From Candidatus Omnitrophota bacterium (lineage in GTDB: Bacteria > Omnitrophota > Gorgyraeia > Gorgyraeales > Gorgyraeaceae), in the NCBI GenBank assembly GCA_018817035.1, contig JAHIUV010000066.1, forward strand, positions 1-30,815: a stretch of 30,815 nt of DNA, in the 5' to 3' direction. Shown one piece after another: positions 24,663 to 30,815 of the stretch; the stretch's first letter is position 1, and each line of letters begins with the position of its first letter. The translations under genes were made by a program, and so were the position numbers. The notes beneath the pieces were generated by a model. That model searched no databases. It saw nothing but the letters and a program-made list of their open reading frames with translations, and was not told where the DNA came from.

Positions 24663-25909
24663 AGGGCGGAGTCAGACTGAAAGGCACTGTAGAATTGAGC
24701 GGCGCCAAAAATGCCGTGCTCCCTATTCTTGCCGCGACGTTACTGACCAACGGAAAATCAATAATAAGGAACGTTCCTCCCTTGAGTGACGTCTATACGA
24801 TGCTTCGTATCATGCGCTATCTCGGTGTCAAGGTCACTATGGAGGACGGGGCCGTGACCGTTGATCCCAGGAATTATTCGAATTATAGGGCCCCATATAA
24901 GCTCGTTAGCACCATGAGAGCGTCCATCTGCTTGCTGGGCCCGATACTGGCTAAATTAAAACACGCTGAGGTATCCATGCCCGGCGGCTGCGTTATAGGC
25001 ACGCGGCCTATCGACCTGCACCTAAAGGGCTTGCGCTCTATAGGCGCCGACATAAAGATCGAACACGGATACGTGATCGCCGACGGAAAAAATATGAAAG
25101 GCAGCCGCGTGTATCTGGGCGGAAAATTTGGTTCCAGCGTCCTGGCAACGGCTAACATTCTTATGGCAGCCACTCTTACTAAAGGAAAGACGGTCATAGA
25201 AAGCGCCGCGTGTGAGCCTGAATTGACTGACATGGCAAACTTCCTCTGTAAAATGGGAGCTAAGATAAAAGGACAGGGCACGCCTATAATAGAGATAGAA
25301 GGTGTAAGGTCCCTGAGCGGCGCCCAGCATTCCGTGATCTATGACAGGATAGAGGCAGGGACTTTTATGATAGCCGCGGCCATTACAGGGGGTGACGTAG
25401 TGATAAAACACGCTTGTGTAAACCACCTTGGAGCGGTCATAGATAGGCTGGAGAACGCGGGAATAAAAATCTCGAAGACAAAAGAAGGCCTGCGCGTAAG
25501 AAAGACAAGGTCACTTAAGCCGGTCGATGTCACCACGCTTCCTTATCCGGGTTTTCCCACTGATATGCAGGCTCAGATGATGGCGCTCATGAGCGTTACC
25601 AAGGGCATCAGCATTATCACGGAAAAGGTATATCCTGAGAGATTCATGCACGTAAGTGAACTTTCCAGGATGGGCGCGCAGATCATGCTCGAGACCCCGA
25701 ACGCGATAATCAAAGGCTCTTCTAAAATAAGCGGCGCGCCTGTAATGGCCTCTGACCTGCGTGCTTCCGCGGCATTGATCCTTGCCGGCCTTGTAGCCAA
25801 AGGTAAGACAGAAATATCCAGGATCTATCACATAGACAGGGGGTATCATAACATAGAAGAAAAGTTTGAAAAATTAGGTGCCAGGATAAAACGTGAAAAA
25901 GAATACTAA
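24644..25909 (+). CDS. murA: UDP-N-acetylglucosamine 1-carboxyvinyltransferase (GTG start)
   Basis: SGAKNA, MRAS, PGGCVIG (catalytic Cys), PGFPTD, ASDLRA and IDRGY motifs. Confidence 0.97.
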   Translation: MDRFIIEGGVRLKGTVELSGAKNAVLPILAATLLTNGKSIIRNVPPLSDVYTMLRIMRYLGVKVTMEDGAVTVDPRNYSNYRAPYKLVSTMRASICLLGPILAKLKHAEVSMPGGCVIGTRPIDLHLKGLRSIGADIKIEHGYVIADGKNMKGSRVYLGGKFGSSVLATANILMAATLTKGKTVIESAACEPELTDMANFLCKMGAKIKGQGTPIIEIEGVRSLSGAQHSVIYDRIEAGTFMIAAAITGGDVVIKHACVNHLGAVIDRLENAGIKISKTKEGLRVRKTRSLKPVDVTTLPYPGFPTDMQAQMMALMSVTKGISIITEKVYPERFMHVSELSRMGAQIMLETPNAIIKGSSKISGAPVMASDLRASAALILAGLVAKGKTEISRIYHIDRGYHNIEEKFEKLGARIKREKEY

Positions 25910-25921
25910 CAAGGAGGAGAT

Positions 25922-26164
25922 ATGTCTGTAAGAATAAGGTTAAAAAGATTGGGAACAAAGAAAAAACCGCACAACAGGATAATCGTTTGCGACAAGAGGC
26001 GCGCAAGGGATGGTAAGGCTATCGAGGAAATAGGCTATTACGATCCCTCAAAGAATCCACCCTTTGTAAAGGTAGAAAAAGAAAGGGCCCTGTATTGGAT
26101 AAGTAAAGGCGCTGTCCCGACAGAAATAGTAAAGAGCATATTAAAAAAGCAAAACATAATCTAA
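25922..26164 (+). CDS. rpsP: 30S ribosomal protein S16
   Basis: VRIRLKRLG, RDGKAIEEIGYYDP and W..KGA.PT motifs; SD AGGAGG. Confidence 0.97.
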   Translation: MSVRIRLKRLGTKKKPHNRIIVCDKRRARDGKAIEEIGYYDPSKNPPFVKVEKERALYWISKGAVPTEIVKSILKKQNII

Positions 26165-26174
26165 CTTTACATTT

Positions 26175-26360
26175 TGCGGGATTGCTTTGCTTCTCGACTC
26201 ACGAAGTTTACCCTGAGCGCAGTCGAAGGGTTCGCTCGAAGAATATTGTCCTTCGACTATGTCCCGATACTTCGGGACAAGCTCAGGACTCAGTTCAAAG
26301 AATATTGTTCGAGCGCAGTCGAGAACATTTCTTGTGTCATTGCGAAGCCGAAGCGATCTC
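26175..26360. repeat. Composite REP cluster between rpsP and trmD
   Basis: Inverted and direct TTCGAGCG/AGTCGAGAA units, CCCTGAGCGCAGTCGAAGGG, GTCCCGATACTTCGGGAC, and GTCATTGCGAAGCCGAAGCGATCTC. Confidence 0.85.
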
Positions 26361-26383
26361 AGAAATAGATATTTCTTAATGCC

Positions 26384-27088
26384 ATGGTCATAGACATATT
26401 AACCATATTTCCTAAAATGTTCGACGCCGTGCTCGGTGAATCTATCATAAAAAGGGCGCGGGATAAAAAGATCATAGAGATAAACGTGATAGATATCAGG
26501 CCTTTTACCGGGAATAAACACGGTAAGGTCGATGATAAGCCCTTCGGCGGAGGGCCCGGCATGATCATGAACGCCGAACCGTTCTTTGAAGCCGTGAATT
26601 ATGTAAGAAAAAAGACCAAAGACCTGCGGGTAAAGACCAGGGTCGTATTGATGAGCCCCAGGGGCAAGGCCCTTGATCACGAATTAGCGAAAAAAATGTC
26701 AGGATATGAACATATATTGCTTCTTTGCGGACATTATGAAGGCATAGATGAGAGGGTAAGGGATCATCTGGTGGACGAGGAGGTATCGATAGGCGATTTT
26801 ATCCTGACCGGCGGCGAACTGGCCGCGATGGTGGTGATCGATTCCGTCGTCAGGCTTGTGCCGGGCGTATTAGGGAATGATGATTCCAGCGCCGATGAAT
26901 CTTTTTCAAAAGGGCTCCTGGAATACCCTCAGTATACCAGGCCGGCAAACTATAAAGGCATGAAAGTCCCGGAAATACTGTTATCCGGGGATCATGAAAA
27001 AATAAAAAAATGGAGAGAAGGCGAGTCCTTGAAAGAAACCAGTAAGGGCCGTCCTGATCTTATGCGCAAAAAAAGGAGGAAGAAATGA
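26384..27088 (+). CDS. trmD: tRNA (guanine37-N1)-methyltransferase
   Basis: [32 protein letters not shown] and [10 protein letters not shown] motifs. Confidence 0.98.
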   Translation: MVIDILTIFPKMFDAVLGESIIKRARDKKIIEINVIDIRPFTGNKHGKVDDKPFGGGPGMIMNAEPFFEAVNYVRKKTKDLRVKTRVVLMSPRGKALDHELAKKMSGYEHILLLCGHYEGIDERVRDHLVDEEVSIGDFILTGGELAAMVVIDSVVRLVPGVLGNDDSSADESFSKGLLEYPQYTRPANYKGMKVPEILLSGDHEKIKKWREGESLKETSKGRPDLMRKKRRKK

Positions 27089-27474
27089 ACAGGCTATATG
27101 AGTTAGAAAAAAGTTTTATGAAAAAGGACGTTACGCCATTCAGGCCGGGTGACACCATAAAAGTCATGGTCAAGATAAGAGAAGGCGATAAGACCAGGCT
27201 CCAGGCGTTCGAGGGCATTTGTATCGCCAAAAAGGGTTCGAGTGTCAGGGAAACTTTTACCGTCAGGCGCGTATCCTACGGCGAGGGAGTGGAGAGGGTT
27301 TTTCAGGCGCATTCTCCCTCAGTAGATTCCGTGGAAGTGATAAAGCGCGGTAAGGTAAAAAGAGCTAAACTTTATTATCTTAAGAAAAAGATAGGAAAGA
27401 GCACGAAAATTGAGGAAGCAAGGGGAGTTGAAAATAAAAAAGATGCTCCTGTGGGAGAAAAAAGCGTTTCTTAA
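27085..27474 (+). CDS. rplS: 50S ribosomal protein L19
   Basis: [27 protein letters not shown] and RAKLYYL motifs. Confidence 0.97.
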   Translation: MNRLYELEKSFMKKDVTPFRPGDTIKVMVKIREGDKTRLQAFEGICIAKKGSSVRETFTVRRVSYGEGVERVFQAHSPSVDSVEVIKRGKVKRAKLYYLKKKIGKSTKIEEARGVENKKDAPVGEKSVS

Positions 27475-28099
27475 CGGCGCGTCTCTCATTATCGGGCTTG
27501 ATGAGGCCGGCAGGGGCCCTCTAGCCGGGCCTGTCGTGGCGGGAGCGGTCACTTTGAATAAAGCTCCTTTAGGGAAATTTTCTTTTCCCCGCTACAGGGA
27601 GAGGTTGGACGATTCCAAAAAAATATCCCCGCCTCAGAGAGAAAAAGCTTTTAAGGAAATAACAAAAAGGTCTTTTTTTGCCATAGGTTCGAAAGACCAC
27701 GCGTTTATAGATAAGGAAAATATATACAGGGCCACTGTTTTCGCCATGAAAGACGCGGTCAAAAAACTCGTTAAGCAATATTGTCTTGCTATAAATAAAA
27801 AAGAAAAAGAGATCAGGCAAAGTATCCATGTACTAGTCGACGGCAACATGGAAATAGGCCTCCCTTATCATACGGTAAAAATAGTAAAAGGCGACGCTAA
27901 AAGCCTTTCGATAGCCGCGGCTTCGATTATTGCCAAGGTGACACGCGACAGGATAATGGCCGCTTACGATAAAAAATTCCCTAAATACGGTTTTTTGAAG
28001 CATAAAGGATACGGAACCAGATTACATATGCGGGCAATAGAAAAATACGGCCCATGCCCTATCCACAGGCGCAGCTTTGCGCCTATCAGGCAGGCATGA
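27443..28099 (+). CDS. rnhB: Ribonuclease HII
   Basis: [34 protein letters not shown] and KHKGYGT motifs. Start moved to ATG 27443. Confidence 0.96.
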   Translation: MLLWEKKAFLNGASLIIGLDEAGRGPLAGPVVAGAVTLNKAPLGKFSFPRYRERLDDSKKISPPQREKAFKEITKRSFFAIGSKDHAFIDKENIYRATVFAMKDAVKKLVKQYCLAINKKEKEIRQSIHVLVDGNMEIGLPYHTVKIVKGDAKSLSIAAASIIAKVTRDRIMAAYDKKFPKYGFLKHKGYGTRLHMRAIEKYGPCPIHRRSFAPIRQA

Positions 28100-28479
28100 C
28101 GTTCGCGAGGCTGGATTCAGGTAAAAAAGGAGAATTACTCGCGGAAGCTTTTTTAAAAAGCAAAGGATATAAGATAATAGCCAGGAATTACAGGACGCGA
28201 TTAGGCGAACTGGATATGATAGGCGAAGATAAAGGCTGTGTGGTTTTTATAGAAGTCCGCTCAGCCAATAGCCTCAGGTTTGGTTCGCCGCTATGCACCG
28301 TAAACAGGAAAAAGCAAAGCCGGATCGCCAAGGCATCTTTAGCGTATATAAAAAAGTATGGACTGCAATATAAAGATTGCAGGTTTGACGTAATAAGTAT
28401 AGAGGGAGTGGATAGCCCTGATCCCAAAATAGACCTTATAAGGGACGCGTTTGAATTAGACGCGCAGTACAGATATTAA
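28096..28479 (+). CDS. YraN/UPF0102-family predicted endonuclease
   Basis: GE..A...L...GY.I..RN, GELDMI, FIEV and RFDV motifs; ATGA overlap with the rnhB stop. Confidence 0.9.
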   Translation: MTFARLDSGKKGELLAEAFLKSKGYKIIARNYRTRLGELDMIGEDKGCVVFIEVRSANSLRFGSPLCTVNRKKQSRIAKASLAYIKKYGLQYKDCRFDVISIEGVDSPDPKIDLIRDAFELDAQYRY

Positions 28480-28499
28480 GATATAGTACTCCCAACACT

Positions 28500-28567
28500 G
28501 TCATTGCGAGAAGCAAAGCAGTCCCCGCGCTGGTCCGCCTCTGGCGGAAAAGCGGCGAAGCAATCTC
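28500..28567. repeat. REP-like element with inserted hairpin
   Basis: GTCATTGCGAGAAGC...GAAGCAATCTC carrying an internal TCCGCC-tct-GGCGGA. Confidence 0.8.
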
Positions 28568-28593
28568 AGTAAAATAGTGACCGGAGGTGCATA

Positions 28594-30303
28594 TTGAAAA
28601 AAGTGCCCAGTGACCTCGAGATAGCCCAAGCGGCAAAGTTAAAGCCTATCACCGAAATAGCGCGCCGGATCGGAATAAGAAAAGACGAGTTAGAGTTATA
28701 TGGAAATTACAAAGCTAAGATATCCCTTTCCATTTTAGACCGCATTAAAAATAAACCCAAAGGAAAATTCATAGACGTTACGGCTGTTACGCCTACGCCG
28801 CTGGGCGAGGGCAAGACCGTAACTACTATCGGCCTCAGCCTGGGCCTTGCCAAATTAGGCAAAAAAGTAATTACTACCCTGAGACAGCCTTCCATGGGGC
28901 CTGTTTTCGGGATAAAAGGCGGAGCTGCCGGAGGCGGATACTCCCAGGTCCTTCCGATGGAGGATATTAACCTGCATTTTACCGGCGACATCCATGCTGT
29001 CGGCGCCGCCAATAACCTTCTCGCGGCATTCATAGACAACCATTTGATAAAGGGGAATCCTTTGAACATAGACCCTGATTCCATAGTCACGCGACGCTGT
29101 GTCGATATCAGCGACAGGGCATTGAGACAGATAAAGATAGGCCTGGGAGGGTCCGAAAATGGCATACCCAGGGACACGGGTTTTGACATAACCGTGGCGA
29201 GCGAAGTAATGGCGATACTGGCGCTAGCGGAAAGCCTTACAGACTTAAGAAAAAGATTGAGCAGGATGGTGATCGCCTTGACCCATGACGGAAAACCGGT
29301 CACGGCAGAGGATATCAAGTGCGCGGGAGCAATGACAGTACTCTTAAAAGACGCGCTTAAGCCAAATCTCATACAGACGACAGAGAACACTCCCTGCATT
29401 ATGCATGCCGGGCCCTTCGCCAATATTGCCCACGGTAATAATTCTGTCCTGGCTGACATGATCGCCCTGCGCCTGGCAGACTACGTGGTGACCGAAAGCG
29501 GCTTTGGCGCGGATTGCGGAGCTGAAAAATTCCTGGACATAAAATGCAGGACGAGCGCGCTAAAACCTCCTGACGGAATAGTGCTCGTATGCACGGTAAA
29601 GGCGCTAAAGATGCATGGCGGCGGGTTCGAGGCCGTGCCCGGTAAGCGGCTGGACATGGAGGTAGTAAAAAAAGAAAATATAGAAGCCGTGAAAAAAGGC
29701 TCGGAAAATCTCGCAAAGCATATAGAAAACATAAAACTATTCGGCTTGCCGGTAGTAGTCGCTATAAACAGGTTTGAATACGACCTGGAAAAAGAAATAG
29801 GCCTTATAAAATCCATCGCCCTGGAATCCGGCGCGACAGACGTTGTAGTGAGCGAAGTATGGGAAAAAGGCGGCGAAGGCGGAAAAGACCTGGCAAGAGC
29901 GGTCTTAAAAATGTGCGAGCAGAAATCTGATTTCAAATTCCTGTACCCGCTTGAAGCCCCTATAAAAGAAAAAATAGAAACCATCGCTAAAAAGATCTAC
30001 GGAGCTAAAGACGTTGAATATTCCGAAGAAGCCAATAAAAAAATAGACTATTATACAAAACAGGGGTACGCTGACCTGCCGATAAATATGGCCAAGACCC
30101 ATCTTTCGCTTTCGCACGACCCAAAACTAAAAGGCCGTCCCAGGGGATTTACTCTTCCTGTAAGAGACGTCAGGATATCAGCGGGCGCTGGATTTCTATA
30201 CCCATTATGTGGTACAATGCGTACGATGCCTGGCCTACCGTCAGTTCCGGCAGGCACAAAAGTAGACATAGACAAAAACGGCAAAATAGTCGGCCTGTTT
30301 TAA
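28594..30303 (+). CDS. fhs: Formate--tetrahydrofolate ligase (TTG start)
   Basis: TPTPLGEGKT, KGGAAGGGYSQ, HAGPFANIAHG, VTESGFGAD and TMPGLP motifs; SD GGAGGTG. Confidence 0.98.
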   Translation: MKKVPSDLEIAQAAKLKPITEIARRIGIRKDELELYGNYKAKISLSILDRIKNKPKGKFIDVTAVTPTPLGEGKTVTTIGLSLGLAKLGKKVITTLRQPSMGPVFGIKGGAAGGGYSQVLPMEDINLHFTGDIHAVGAANNLLAAFIDNHLIKGNPLNIDPDSIVTRRCVDISDRALRQIKIGLGGSENGIPRDTGFDITVASEVMAILALAESLTDLRKRLSRMVIALTHDGKPVTAEDIKCAGAMTVLLKDALKPNLIQTTENTPCIMHAGPFANIAHGNNSVLADMIALRLADYVVTESGFGADCGAEKFLDIKCRTSALKPPDGIVLVCTVKALKMHGGGFEAVPGKRLDMEVVKKENIEAVKKGSENLAKHIENIKLFGLPVVVAINRFEYDLEKEIGLIKSIALESGATDVVVSEVWEKGGEGGKDLARAVLKMCEQKSDFKFLYPLEAPIKEKIETIAKKIYGAKDVEYSEEANKKIDYYTKQGYADLPINMAKTHLSLSHDPKLKGRPRGFTLPVRDVRISAGAGFLYPLCGTMRTMPGLPSVPAGTKVDIDKNGKIVGLF

Positions 30304-30312
30304 CTAACCACT

Positions 30313-30417
30313 GTCATTGCGAACACGAAGCGCCCGAAGCAATCTCGATCAATATTCTTCGAGCGGAGTCCCGAAGTATCGGGACGAAGTCGAGAAGGTA
30401 ATGGCGAGAAGTTAAGG
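30313..30417. repeat. Composite REP cluster
   Basis: GTCATTGCGA...GAAGCAATCTC, then AATATTCTTCGAGCGGAGTCCCGAAGTATCGGGACGAAGTCGAGAA, then GAAGTTAAGG. Confidence 0.85.
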
Positions 30418-30427
30418 AGACCCTAAT

Positions 30428-30815
30428 ATGTACACTAACGAAACCCTTGCTCAATACATCAAAACCTTAGCCGCCAAGACACCTGTCCCCGGCGGAGGAA
30501 GCGCTGCCGCTCTCTGCGGAGCGCTGGGCACCGCATTATTAGAGATGGCGTGTAATTTTACTGCCGGCAAGAAAGGGCATGAGGCTGATGAGGCGGATAT
30601 CCATAGCTGTCTCGCGTCCCTAAAGGCGCTACGCGAAGAATTTACCGCGCTGATCGACGAAGACTCAAAAGCATATTCGCGCATACATGACGCGTTTAAG
30701 GCTAAGGATGAAAAAGCGATCGAATCTGCTTTAAAAGCAGGTTATGAAGTTGCCCTGAATGCCTGTAAATTATCCAGGAACGCTATGTTAATAGCCTCGT
30801 CATTACCCGAAAAAA
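30428..30815 (+). CDS. Cyclodeaminase/cyclohydrolase family protein (FchA-like); runs off the window end and is absent from the ORF track
   Basis: MYTNETLAQYIKTLAAKTPVPGGGSAAALCGALGTALLEMACNFT, then LIDEDSKAY; the P.PGGGSAAA motif and position after fhs fit this family. Confidence 0.88.
   Translation, partial: MYTNETLAQYIKTLAAKTPVPGGGSAAALCGALGTALLEMACNFTAGKKGHEADEADIHSCLASLKALREEFTALIDEDSKAYSRIHDAFKAKDEKAIESALKAGYEVALNACKLSRNAMLIASSLPEK

Noticed and set aside
26174-26379. Two 64-65 aa ORFs between rpsP and trmD
   Set aside because: They are made entirely of REP palindromes and have no SD.
25922-28099. rimM missing between rpsP and trmD
   Set aside because: The order rpsP-trmD-rplS-rnhB without rimM is known from Chlamydia, so this looks like a lineage trait rather than a novel loss.
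589-30684. Numerous minus-strand and nested short ORFs in the six-frame track
   Set aside because: They are antisense or out-of-frame shadows of well-supported + strand genes and carry no family motifs.

Overview
Bacterial chromosomal window, probably from the PVC superphylum and plausibly Ca. Omnitrophota. This is an inference from gene order and content; no search was run. All supported genes are on the + strand. Left: a type II secretion/type IV pilus block (two GspE/PilB ATPases, a GspG-like and a GspH/FimT-like pilin) and a GT2 glycosyltransferase. Right: housekeeping genes (TPR protein, polA, coaE, rho, rpmE, prfA, prmC, murA, rpsP, trmD, rplS, rnhB, yraN-family, fhs, and a partial cyclodeaminase/cyclohydrolase). 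Between them (about 5.5-14.7 kb) is an accessory region. It holds three signal-peptide-bearing proteins alternating with two toxin-antitoxin-type units (Fic; frameshifted HEPN plus MNT). Each unit has its own promoter, and the units are separated by five same-orientation copies of a long composite repeat. That repeat contains the promoter and first codons of the downstream beta-propeller/TolC-like gene (14739-16262), fused to a synonymously diverged 24-codon fragment of the same gene family's C-terminal domain. The result looks like a repeat-delimited cassette array built from a gene relic, with no integrase, attC or dif site visible. Many intergenic gaps also carry modular, nested REP-like palindromes, two of which sit in frame inside the beta-propeller gene.
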